Shown here in pieces: positions 17,993 through 27,227 of a stretch of DNA of 64,000 nt. This DNA comes from an uncultured Candidatus Saccharibacteria bacterium (GTDB lineage Bacteria > Patescibacteriota > Doudnabacteria > UBA920), in contig CAZVXT010000001.1 in the NCBI GenBank assembly GCA_964631145.1, positions 393,237 through 457,236 on the forward strand, read 5' to 3'. How positions within the stretch are numbered: the first letter of the stretch is position 1; each line of letters begins with the position of its first letter. The translations under genes and the position numbers were made by a program. Under the pieces are notes generated by a model. It worked only from the letters and a program-made list of their open reading frames with translations, was not told the origin of the DNA and ran no database searches.

Positions 17993-18020
17993 ATTATACA
18001 CCTACAATAACACTTGTCAA
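17993..18020 (-). promoter_or_regulatory. sigma70 promoter of ncRNA B
   Basis: TTGACA-16-TATAAT. Confidence 0.75.
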
Positions 18021-18165
18021 GTCTTAGCAATTCAATTCAGAAATAAACATTTTTAATTACTTAATTAAGTAAACTTAGAACAACCTAGATGAGTGTTAAT
18101 TTATCCTGAGTTGGTTTGTGATTAAGGTTTGTTATATTATTAAATAAATCTAAATATTTTTTGCA

Positions 18166-18594
18166 AAATAAAAAGCGAAGCTGGATATGAATTGTATAAA
18201 TTAACATATAAATTAGCTTCGCGAAACATCTTTCCTTTGGGGGCAGATGTGCATTCTTCTCATGTTCCCAATTATGAGAAGACAGGAGGAATAAATATAA
18301 ATTGTATTGGGTGGATGCGACGTAAATTTAACGCACCCGCCATCTTAGATTGTTTTATAAATATAAAGTAACAACCTAAAATATTTCAAGCGAAACTGTT
18401 ATGCGTTGATGGTCTATTTCAAACAATTTAACAGACTGTATTGTCTATGGTTTCGCTTGTCTGCCATTGGCAGAAGCTTTATAATTGCAGCTTGCAAGTA
18501 AACCCTTCCGCTAATAATTAGCATTTACTTGCAAGGTTGGCGACTCTAAGAGTTAATTAACCAACAGGAGCTAGTTTGATTGCACTCTTAAGTT
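18166..18594 (-). ncRNA. Candidate structured ncRNA C (~430 nt), unknown family
   Basis: At least 8 stems (e.g. CUUGCAAGUAAA/UUUACUUGCAAG, CAAGCGAAAC/GUUUCGCUUG, UCUUCUCAU/AUGAGAAGA), terminator GCGAAGCU..AGCUUCGC-U5, no ORF >=60 aa. Confidence 0.62.
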
Positions 18595-18600
18595 ATGAAC

Positions 18601-18628
18601 ATTATATCTCATTTTAAGGATTTGTCAA
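18601..18628 (-). promoter_or_regulatory. sigma70 promoter of ncRNA C
   Basis: TTGACA-16-TATAAT immediately after dnaE stop. Confidence 0.78.
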
Positions 18629-18630
18629 GC

Positions 18631-21600
18631 CTATATTTGTAGCCGATCGTAGATCATGCTTACTTCTGGTATTTGCCTGAGAGCCTTGAGTAATGGCTGA
18701 GATATTCTTACGCTGGACTTGGTTTTTATGGTTTGAACAGTATCTCCATCTCCCACGCTTAAAAACACCGGCGCATTGCCAGGATTGCTTTGCAATAAAT
18801 TTTTAATAGCTTCTAAAGTTGCTGTGTTTTGTAAATTTGGAATATGAATTGTAAGCTCTGTTTGCTTCTCTAATTCTCCTAAAGCCATAAAATATAAATC
18901 ATCAGTAGGTATAGTAGATATTTCGTTGGCAATAAGTTTAGCTTCGCCATCTTTAAATGACATACGTCCAGTAAGCTTAACTACTTCATCGCTATCAAGG
19001 TAGGGAATAGCTGAAGGCATGAGTTTTGGAAAAATAATAGCTTCAACCGTACCTGTTTTGTCTTCTAGGGTTACAAACGCCATTGGGTCACTTTTTTTTG
19101 TCAGCATTCTTTTGACCTTGGCGATTGTGCCTGCAATTTTTACGCTAGTATTGTCTGATAAATTTTTGAGTGAATTTATTGTGTCGAAACCTTCGGTAAC
19201 TTTTTTGTAGTCATCTAAAGGGTGTCCGCTAACAAAAAGTCCTAAATGAGATTTTTCGAAAGAGAGTTCTTCTAAATGATTTAAAGGTTCGTGCTCAATA
19301 AGCTTTAATTTGCCAACTTGCAAGCTTTCTCCAAAAAGAGAAGTTTGTCCAGAGTTGTCTTCTTTAAAATGGGCGCGCAAAAAATCTAAAGCACGTTCTG
19401 TGTTGGCAAGAAGTGTGCCACGATCGCCAAATTTATCCATGGCTCCAGATTTTACCAGAGCTTCCCAAGACTTTTTGTTTAAGTTTCTGGTATAAACTTT
19501 AATTAAGAAATCTTCTAAGTTATCAAATTTAATGTTGGCTTTGTGGCAGTCAATAATTTGTCTTACAACTTCACTGCTTAGGTTTTTGATAGCACGAAGA
19601 CCAAAGCGAATTGTTTTATCATCAATAACAGTAAAACCTCCATAGCTTTCATTAACGTCTGGGGGTAGAACTTTGATTCCTAAGTGATTGCATTCTTCTA
19701 CTGCGTCTCTAATTTTATCCTCATCTCCACTTTCTGCTGTCATTAATGAAGCCATAAATTCTACTGGATAATTAGCTTTCATGTAAGCCGTTTGGTAGCC
19801 GACCATTGCATAGCTAGCCGAATGCGATTTGTTAAATCCATATGCTGCAAACGGTTCGATCCATGACCAAATCTGAGTAGCTTTTTCTAAGCTCCAGTTA
19901 GATGTTTCTACGCACCCTTTAACAAATTTTTCTTTTTGCTTAGCCATTTCTTCTGGAATTTTTTTACCAACAGCTTTACGGAATTTGTCCACTTCTTCCC
20001 AAGTATATCCAGCTAGATCGTGGGCAATGGTTAACAAATCATCTTGATAAACCAAGATGCCGTAAGTTCTTTCGAGGATAGCTTTTAGGGCAGGGTCTAA
20101 GTAAGTGATTAAACTAGGATTGTGTTTACGTGCTATGTATTCTGGAATAAATTGCATTGGACCTGGACGGTATAAAGCAACCATCGCAGAAATATCAAAA
20201 ATAGTGCTTGGTTTTAGTTCTTTAAGATATCTAGTCATCCCTGATGAGCCAAGCTGAAAAACGCCAAAAGTTAAGCCGCGAGAGAGCATGGCAAAAGTTT
20301 TTGGATCTGGATGAGGTAGATTTCCTAAATCAATTTTGATGTTGTGTCTGATGTTTACTAACTCAACTGCTTTTTCCAAAATAGAAAGATTACGGATTCC
20401 TAGTAAATCGAGTTTAACTACACCAATAGCGTCGCCTTGAGCGTTTACATCAAGCGCGTACATATCGTATTGAGTAATTAATTTCTTTCCTTCTGTTTCA
20501 AGTTGAATCGGAGTATAGTCGATTAATTGTGTTGGGGTTATAACAACTCCAGCAGCATGAACAGAAGCATGACGGACACATCCTTCTAGTTTTTTTGCAA
20601 TATCTAGAATTTGTTTTGTTTCGGCATCTGTTTCGTAAATGGTTTTGAATTCAGGATTAAGATCCATGGCTTTTGCTAAAGTCATTTCAAAACCTTGTTT
20701 TCCTATTGGTATCATTTTTGCGATGCGGTCGCATTTTCCATAAGGTATGGCAAGCGCTCTACCTACATCACGAACAACCGCCCGCGCTTTCATAGTTCCA
20801 AATGTCAAAATTTGGGCAACTTTGTCTTTGCCGTATTCTGTAGTCATCCATTCGATAACTTCATCGCGACGGTCGTCAGCAATATCCAAATCGATATCGG
20901 GTGGGGTAGGACGGTGCTTTGTTAAGAAACGTTCAAAAGGTAATTGGTAATAAAGTGGGTCTACATTGGTAATTTTTAATAAATATCCAACTAACGAACC
21001 TGCGGCGCTACCACGAGTATTAGTAATAGCACCGATGCGGTGCGCACCTTCGACGACATTAGCCACCATTAAAAAGTAAGGTGCAAAACCTTTTTGGCAA
21101 ATAATATCCAATTCGTAATCTACTCTGGTGGCAATTTCTTCTGGAACTGGACCATCTTTACCGTATTTCTCTTTCATTAGTTGATGGGTTTTTTCAACTA
21201 AATAACTCTCATCAGTGTAACCTTCAGGAATTTTAACTCTAGGGAAATATCTTTGATTGGTAGGGATTTCTATGTCTACCATGTCTGCAATAATTTGAGT
21301 GCTTTCTATAGCTTCGGGGATGTCTTTAAATTTTTCATACATTTCTTCTGGGCTATTAAAGGACAGGTCGTGTCCTCGCATATCAAGTCTATTGGTGTCG
21401 TTTACAGTTCTTCCTGTGCCAATGCAGACCATAATATCTTGAGCTTCCGCATCATCTTTATGCAAATAATGACAATCTTGCGTAGCAACAACTCTAACAT
21501 TATTTTTCTTACCAAGCGCAATTAGCTTTTCATTAGGTTGTAATTCGTGACCATCATTGCTGTTGCGTTGTAATTCTAAGAAAAAATGCTCTTTATCAAA

Positions 21601-22089
21601 AATATCTAAATACTCTTCCAAAGCAGTTTGCGCGGCTTGTTCTGATACTTTAAAAGCGCGAGGGATTTGTCCACGAGGACAGCCTGATAAAGCAATGATC
21701 CCAGTGCTATGTTTTTTAAGAAGTTTTAGGTCGATTCTTGGTTTATAGTAGTAACCTTCAAGGTGCGCTTCAGAAGTAAGTTTAACTAAATTAAGATAAC
21801 CTTCGTAATTTTGAGCTAGCAATGTTAAATGATGATAGTCCGCATCTATTTTTCCTTCTTTTACTTCCATGCCGCGCGGTGCAATATATGCCTCAATACC
21901 AATAATTGGTTTTATGTCATTATTTTTGCATTGGTTGTAAAAATCTATGGCACCATACATAACGCCATGGTCTGTAATTGCAACCGAGGACATTCCGTAT
22001 TCTTTGGCGAGGTTTACCAAAGCTGGGATCTGAGAAAGTCCATCTAATAGGGAATAGTGAGAATGGCAATGTAGGTGGGTAAAGTTCAT
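18631..22089 (-). CDS. dnaE: DNA polymerase III alpha subunit
   Basis: PHP HLHCHSHYSLLDG, RGSAAGSLV, PDIDLD, FAAYGFNKSH, OB fold. Confidence 0.97.
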   Translation of the reverse strand: MNFTHLHCHSHYSLLDGLSQIPALVNLAKEYGMSSVAITDHGVMYGAIDFYNQCKNNDIKPIIGIEAYIAPRGMEVKEGKIDADYHHLTLLAQNYEGYLNLVKLTSEAHLEGYYYKPRIDLKLLKKHSTGIIALSGCPRGQIPRAFKVSEQAAQTALEEYLDIFDKEHFFLELQRNSNDGHELQPNEKLIALGKKNNVRVVATQDCHYLHKDDAEAQDIMVCIGTGRTVNDTNRLDMRGHDLSFNSPEEMYEKFKDIPEAIESTQIIADMVDIEIPTNQRYFPRVKIPEGYTDESYLVEKTHQLMKEKYGKDGPVPEEIATRVDYELDIICQKGFAPYFLMVANVVEGAHRIGAITNTRGSAAGSLVGYLLKITNVDPLYYQLPFERFLTKHRPTPPDIDLDIADDRRDEVIEWMTTEYGKDKVAQILTFGTMKARAVVRDVGRALAIPYGKCDRIAKMIPIGKQGFEMTLAKAMDLNPEFKTIYETDAETKQILDIAKKLEGCVRHASVHAAGVVITPTQLIDYTPIQLETEGKKLITQYDMYALDVNAQGDAIGVVKLDLLGIRNLSILEKAVELVNIRHNIKIDLGNLPHPDPKTFAMLSRGLTFGVFQLGSSGMTRYLKELKPSTIFDISAMVALYRPGPMQFIPEYIARKHNPSLITYLDPALKAILERTYGILVYQDDLLTIAHDLAGYTWEEVDKFRKAVGKKIPEEMAKQKEKFVKGCVETSNWSLEKATQIWSWIEPFAAYGFNKSHSASYAMVGYQTAYMKANYPVEFMASLMTAESGDEDKIRDAVEECNHLGIKVLPPDVNESYGGFTVIDDKTIRFGLRAIKNLSSEVVRQIIDCHKANIKFDNLEDFLIKVYTRNLNKKSWEALVKSGAMDKFGDRGTLLANTERALDFLRAHFKEDNSGQTSLFGESLQVGKLKLIEHEPLNHLEELSFEKSHLGLFVSGHPLDDYKKVTEGFDTINSLKNLSDNTSVKIAGTIAKVKRMLTKKSDPMAFVTLEDKTGTVEAIIFPKLMPSAIPYLDSDEVVKLTGRMSFKDGEAKLIANEISTIPTDDLYFMALGELEKQTELTIHIPNLQNTATLEAIKNLLQSNPGNAPVFLSVGDGDTVQTIKTKSSVRISQPLLKALRQIPEVSMIYDRLQI

Positions 22090-22136
22090 AAGAAATTTGC
22101 AAAAATTTGCTATACTTAAATTATAATAACACGTGT

Positions 22137-23009
22137 ATGGCGACTCTAAAAGAAAGCTTGGAAATTCAATATTCTGGTCTAGCAGTTTTTGCTAGCGAAA
22201 CAGTTTTGGGGTTTAAAAACTGGTTACAAACAATGCCTGTATGGCAAAGGTTTATTTTTTTATTTTTGGTAATTGCTATTATCCCGGCATATTTAGGATC
22301 AAGAATTGGACTTTCTCAGTACATGTCTTTGCAATATGCCAGAAATAGTTTAGTTGTTCATCCAGCCTATACTGTTACTATGCCAATTAAGGTAGAAAAA
22401 ACTGAAGTTTTAAAAAATCCGAACGGCAATTATTCTGCTTATGCAATTATTAGCAATCCAAATTTAGATTTGGCAATTGATAATTTGCGTTACATTTTTG
22501 ATTTTTATAATTCTTCTAATCAAAAAATAAATTCTTCGAGCGGGACCACTTATTTACTACCAGATGAAAAGAAATGGTTAGTTATATCTAGAATAGAATC
22601 TACAGAAGACCTTGTTAAAGCAGAAGTCAATTTTGATTCTCAAAATTGGCAAAAGCGTATTAGTTTGCCAGATATTAAGTTGCGTTTACCAGAGCCAACT
22701 ATTACAGAACAGACCAATCCTCTTGCTGTGGTTACCGAAGGCGCTGCAATTAATCAAACAGAATTTGCGTTAAAGCAAATTAGAATTGTAATAGTCTTAT
22801 ATGGAGATAATAATAAAGTTTTGGCTGTAGCAAGTAGAGATGAAAATAACTTACAGCCGTTTCAACGCAGAGCTTATAAGTTATCGTGGCCAAATTTATA
22901 TCAAAATCAAATTAAAAGAGTCGAGCTTCAGGGTTACACCAATACTTTAGATTCTAGAAATATTTCTGAACCAGATACTTCTAATAGTCAAAGCCAGGTA
23001 CTAAGATAA
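22137..23009 (+). CDS. Membrane-anchored hypothetical protein
   Basis: One TM then beta-rich domains; adjacent to rodA. Confidence 0.8.
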   Translation: MATLKESLEIQYSGLAVFASETVLGFKNWLQTMPVWQRFIFLFLVIAIIPAYLGSRIGLSQYMSLQYARNSLVVHPAYTVTMPIKVEKTEVLKNPNGNYSAYAIISNPNLDLAIDNLRYIFDFYNSSNQKINSSSGTTYLLPDEKKWLVISRIESTEDLVKAEVNFDSQNWQKRISLPDIKLRLPEPTITEQTNPLAVVTEGAAINQTEFALKQIRIVIVLYGDNNKVLAVASRDENNLQPFQRRAYKLSWPNLYQNQIKRVELQGYTNTLDSRNISEPDTSNSQSQVLR

Positions 23010-24110
23010 ATGAATTGGATTTTATCAAAATTTAAAAGTTTTGACATTCCGCTGCTTGTAATCAGCGGTTTGCTTTTGTTGGTGGGATTAACTATCCAGT
23101 ATGCGATTTCTTTTGGCGAAGGAAGTTTGGCGGTATTTTATCGTCAACTTATTGCATCAGGATTAGCTGTAGTTTTGTTTTTAATTTTTGCTAACAATAA
23201 TTATGTAGCGTTATCCAAAGCTAATCGTATTGCATACATCTTGCTTATCGTTGCGTTGCTGTATTTAGTGATTTTTGGAGATCCAATTAGAGGTAGCGCA
23301 AGATGGATTGACTTTGGGTTCTATCAATTGCAGCCGGCAGAATTTGCAAAAGTTATTGTGGCAATTGGATTATCTAGGTGGTTGTACTTAAGAAGAGGAC
23401 AAGTTAATTCTTTATGGAGTTTTGCTGGCATGTTTGCTTATGCTTTGCTCCCTGCGCTATTAATCATGCTCGAGCCGGACTTAGGTTCTTCTATGGTTGT
23501 TATGTCTATTTGGTTTGGGCTGTTGTTGATAAGCCCTATCAGAAAAACATTTATAGTTGGGTTGTTGATTGCCGGTTTAATATTTGCAGGATTTTCTTGG
23601 GAGTTTGTATTAAAGGATTATCAAAAGCAGCGTGTAGAAGTATTTTTAAATCCAGATAAAGACCCTAGAGGAAAAGGTTATAATGTTAGACAAGCAATTA
23701 TTGCAGTGGGGAGTGGACAGATTTTGGGAAGAGGTTTGGGACAAGGTGTTCAAAGTCAGTTAAAGTTTTTGCCAGAAAAACATACAGACTTCGTGTTTGC
23801 TTCAAGTAGTGAGGAAATAGGGTTTGTTGGTTCCGCAGCAATCTTGTTTATGTTCTACATTATGTTTTGGCGGATTATAAAAATAATGTCTAAAGCAAGA
23901 AATGACTTGGCTATGTACTTGGCCGGGGCAATATTGTTCTTTTTTGCTTCGCAGTTTGTGATTAATGTAGGTATGAATATTGGACTTTTGCCTGTTACTG
24001 GTATTCCTTTACCATTCATTACTTATGGTGGAAGTTCGTTAATTTCTGTGGCAATTGCTTTAGGTATAGTGCAAAATATAGCTAAACAGTCTAAAGTTTT
24101 GCGTTTTTAA
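23010..24110 (+). CDS. rodA: SEDS peptidoglycan glycosyltransferase RodA
   Basis: QPAEFAK, EPDLG, LPEKHTDF, PVTGIPLPFITYGGSS. Confidence 0.9.
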   Translation: MNWILSKFKSFDIPLLVISGLLLLVGLTIQYAISFGEGSLAVFYRQLIASGLAVVLFLIFANNNYVALSKANRIAYILLIVALLYLVIFGDPIRGSARWIDFGFYQLQPAEFAKVIVAIGLSRWLYLRRGQVNSLWSFAGMFAYALLPALLIMLEPDLGSSMVVMSIWFGLLLISPIRKTFIVGLLIAGLIFAGFSWEFVLKDYQKQRVEVFLNPDKDPRGKGYNVRQAIIAVGSGQILGRGLGQGVQSQLKFLPEKHTDFVFASSSEEIGFVGSAAILFMFYIMFWRIIKIMSKARNDLAMYLAGAILFFFASQFVINVGMNIGLLPVTGIPLPFITYGGSSLISVAIALGIVQNIAKQSKVLRF

Positions 24111-24151
24111 TAACTTTGCTATAATGAGTAGGATAAAGAAACTTAATTAAT

Positions 24152-24520
24152 ATGGGTATTAAAAAAACTGATCTTAAAAAAATATTAAACTGGCTAGGCT
24201 TTGTATTGAAGTGTCCAGTTTGCAGTGCTAAATATCAATCTCCAAATATCAAAATTTTGGATAGTTTTCAGGAAGATCAAATGCAGAATGCTCACTTGCT
24301 AATTCATTCTGATTGCCACAAATGCAAAAGCTCTGTAATGTTTAATATTGATATTAATGGCTCTGATATTTTTACGATCATTGCAAAGACAGATTTGAAC
24401 AAACGAGATAGTAAAAAGTTTAGCGCGCTTCCTGCAATTAATACAAATGACTTAATTAAGATTCACGAACAGATTACAGGATTTGACGGAGATTTTATTT
24501 CAGCTTTCGGGAAAAAATAA
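24152..24520 (+). CDS. Zinc-ribbon hypothetical protein (CPR-type)
   Basis: CPVC..CHKC. Confidence 0.8.
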   Translation: MGIKKTDLKKILNWLGFVLKCPVCSAKYQSPNIKILDSFQEDQMQNAHLLIHSDCHKCKSSVMFNIDINGSDIFTIIAKTDLNKRDSKKFSALPAINTNDLIKIHEQITGFDGDFISAFGKK

Positions 24521-24537
24521 TACTATATAAAAATTTG

Positions 24538-24562
24538 AACCGGCTTAGCGCCGGTTTTTTTT
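24538..24562 (+). terminator. Intrinsic terminator
   Basis: AACCGGC..GCCGGTT + T tract. Confidence 0.75.
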
Positions 24563-24621
24563 ATTGTTGCTAAAAATATAAATTATTGCTATGATTGATT
24601 ATTAAATTAAGGAGGAAATTT

Positions 24622-25626
24622 ATGACAGCAGAATTAACAATTACTACGGAAAAGCAATATTTGAATTTGATACAATCTATTGGTTACCGAAAAGCATCAG
24701 TTTTATATTCTAAAGTTGTGCCATTTTCAAGTCCGTATTGGAATAAGAATACTATAGAAAATTGGCGAGATATTTATTGGGGATTAGATGACTCTCAAGC
24801 AGAACAAAAACTTTATATTATTAATAAAATAAAAGCTAAAATTTCTAATTTTCAAGACTGCCAAGATTTGGCAATCTTATATGAAAAAGGATCTAAAGAT
24901 TGTGAGTTGCTTGCAGATACTGCAAAAAAATATGCTAGCAGCGCTAGCGATTGGATTCAAATTAGAAATTGGGTAAAATCAAATTCTAAACTTGCAATTT
25001 TGGCTGAGCAAAAAATTAAAGAACTTCCTAAAAATTATTCTTGTTGGCGTTCTTTAATGTATTCAGCTTATGGAAATGAATTTACTATCTATGATGTTGA
25101 TTTTTGTTTAGAGCAAATGATAGACGCTGTAGATGCTAAAAATGTAGGCGAAGAATATGTAAATGCTTTAACATATGCATCCATTAAGCAAAAACAACGA
25201 TTAATACAAAAAGCTATAGATAAATTTAAATTCCAGAATAAAAGTTCGGCACAGTGGCTAAGTTTTTTTGAAGATCGTTTTGGTAGAAGTGATCTAAAAA
25301 TAGTTGCTTTATTTCAAGCATATGAAACCGCTCAATCAAAACAGGAATATATCAATGTTCTAGAAGCAGTGCAATGGTGGGATGAATTAGACGAGATAAA
25401 AAATAATTGTTATCAAAAAATTAAAGAATTTGGTTTAGATTTTAAAGAACAAGAATCCATATTGAAAAAAATTTCTGATACATGTATTTTATATAAAACT
25501 GCGTTAAATGACTTGATGTCTAAAGCTCAAACTTTATCAGATTGGGATACAATTTATCACTTTTATTCCAAAACAGCAGAAGATAGAGAAGCGGCTTTGC
25601 AAAAAATTATCCAATTAACTAACTAA
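24622..25626 (+). CDS. Alpha-helical repeat-like hypothetical protein (orphan, SD-led)
   Basis: AAGGAGG RBS; TTGCTA-17-TATGAT upstream; recurring W-containing helical units; terminator 25640-25666. Confidence 0.8.
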   Translation: MTAELTITTEKQYLNLIQSIGYRKASVLYSKVVPFSSPYWNKNTIENWRDIYWGLDDSQAEQKLYIINKIKAKISNFQDCQDLAILYEKGSKDCELLADTAKKYASSASDWIQIRNWVKSNSKLAILAEQKIKELPKNYSCWRSLMYSAYGNEFTIYDVDFCLEQMIDAVDAKNVGEEYVNALTYASIKQKQRLIQKAIDKFKFQNKSSAQWLSFFEDRFGRSDLKIVALFQAYETAQSKQEYINVLEAVQWWDELDEIKNNCYQKIKEFGLDFKEQESILKKISDTCILYKTALNDLMSKAQTLSDWDTIYHFYSKTAEDREAALQKIIQLTN

Positions 25627-25735
25627 GTTAATTTACTTGCGCTAAACATTTGTTTAGCGTTTTTTATTTTAGCAAGTAGTTGGACAAAAATCTCGATACT
25701 TGTTATTATGGATTGATATTTTTATGGAGGATAAT

Positions 25736-26155
25736 ATGCAAAAATTTGATAGTATCGTTTATTTGGAGGATTGGGAAAGATCCTTGGTATTGTGTGCCAA
25801 AGAAGCATCAAAGCACGCTTATGCTCCTTATTCTAATTATTTTGTTGGAGCGGCGCTAATTGATGAATCTGGCTCTATATCTATTGGGTGTAATGTAGAA
25901 AATCAAGCCTATACAGGTTCTCATGCAGAAACAGGTGCTATTGCTCAGATGATAGTTGGAGGAAAAAGAAGCATTAGAGCATTAGCGTGTTATACCAAAA
26001 ATGGAGGTTCTCCTTGCGGTGATTGCAGACAACGAATATGGGAATTTTGCGGCGGCAATTTAGAGGTTGCAATTTATTCTATTAACGAAGCAGAGCAAGT
26101 GGAAAAATATACAATAGGCGAGTTATTACCACATGCTTTTGATTTAAATAAGTAA
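25736..26155 (+). CDS. cdd: Cytidine deaminase
   Basis: AYAPYSNYFVGAA, GCNVEN, HAE, PCGDCRQ; GGAGG RBS. Confidence 0.92.
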   Translation: MQKFDSIVYLEDWERSLVLCAKEASKHAYAPYSNYFVGAALIDESGSISIGCNVENQAYTGSHAETGAIAQMIVGGKRSIRALACYTKNGGSPCGDCRQRIWEFCGGNLEVAIYSINEAEQVEKYTIGELLPHAFDLNK

Positions 26156-26169
26156 CTTTGGAGGAATTT

Positions 26170-26383
26170 ATGAACGTAGATAATACAAATGATTATCAAT
26201 TTTTAAGATATAAAGCAAAAAATCGGAGATCAGTTTATGGTTATGATTACCGGCGGGGTTGCAAGTCATCAAGTAACTTTTGTCGAATGGGATGAAAGGG
26301 AATTGGCTCCAATTTTCGCTCTTAACGACAAATCGGAAAGAAAACTTAAACCTGGCGATTATATTGTTATGCAACAATTATAA
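26170..26383 (+). pseudogene. Small SD-led ORF split by a +1 frameshift
   Basis: GGAGG-ATG MNVDNTNDYQF.. continues in +1 frame as KQKIGDQFMVMITGG...PGDYIVMQQL*. Confidence 0.45.
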
Positions 26384-26400
26384 TCTATGGTAATTAATAC

Positions 26401-26434
26401 AAAAACACTGAGTATCACACTCAGTGTGTTTTTT
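26401..26434. terminator. Bidirectional terminator
   Basis: ACACTGAGT-ATCAC-ACTCAGTGT with A/T tracts. Confidence 0.75.
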
Positions 26435-27185
26435 ATTTTCTATCTCTAGGATCCCTTACTCCAAGTTCGCGACCATTTTTAGCTAGCTCTAATACAAAGT
26501 GGCTAGTTTCTACATACGACTCAAATGTGCCAGCGTCAAACCATGCGCCCTCTAAAATTTTGGTTTGTAATTGCCCGCGTTCTAGATACCAATTATGGAT
26601 TTCTGTTATTTCAATTTCGCCACGCTCGCTAGGTTTTGCGGATTTTGCAGCTTCGATACAATTTTTATCAAAAATATAAATACCCGGTATCGCATAATCA
26701 GAAATCCATTCTTTTGGCTTTTCTTCTATTTTTGTCACCTTCATGTCTTGATCAAAAGCAACCACTCCGTAACGATGAGGATCGTTTACTTTTTTTGCAA
26801 AAATTAATCCGCCGTTTTTAAAGTTTGTAATTGCATCGCTGATTTCATCTTCAAAAACATTATCACCAAGAATCATGGTTACGTCGTCATTATCAATAAA
26901 ATCTTCTCCAATAATAAAAGCTTGAGCCAATCCTTCTGGCTTATCCTGAATCTCGTAAGTAAATTTTACGCCAAACTCTTTGCCGCTACCGAGGAGTTTC
27001 ATGTAGTCTCCGCAATGATCAGGTGCAACAATTATTAAGATATCTTTAATACCCGCATTGATTAGTTTTTCTAGCGGATAATAAATCATTGGCTTGTTGT
27101 ATATTGGCAAGAGTTGTTTTGAAGTAACTCTTGTTAATGGACGCAGGCGAGTGCCACTGCCGCCGGATAAGATAATGCCTTTCAT
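26433..27185 (-). CDS. rfbA: Glucose-1-phosphate thymidylyltransferase
   Basis: GIILSGGSGTRLRPLT, KQLLPIYNKPMIYYP, ERGEIEIT. Confidence 0.93.
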   Translation of the reverse strand: MKGIILSGGSGTRLRPLTRVTSKQLLPIYNKPMIYYPLEKLINAGIKDILIIVAPDHCGDYMKLLGSGKEFGVKFTYEIQDKPEGLAQAFIIGEDFIDNDDVTMILGDNVFEDEISDAITNFKNGGLIFAKKVNDPHRYGVVAFDQDMKVTKIEEKPKEWISDYAIPGIYIFDKNCIEAAKSAKPSERGEIEITEIHNWYLERGQLQTKILEGAWFDAGTFESYVETSHFVLELAKNGRELGVRDPRDRK

Positions 27186-27227
27186 AAAATTATTTTACTT
27201 TCATTTTGAAGCAAGAAGATTTATAAG

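Noticed and set aside
18166-18594. RNase P, tmRNA or group I/II intron identity for ncRNA C
   Set aside because: No GAGGAAAGUCC, no tRNA-like ends, no intron catalytic motifs recognised
5920-22089. Inteins in dnaB or dnaE
   Set aside because: Normal lengths and no splice-junction motifs seen
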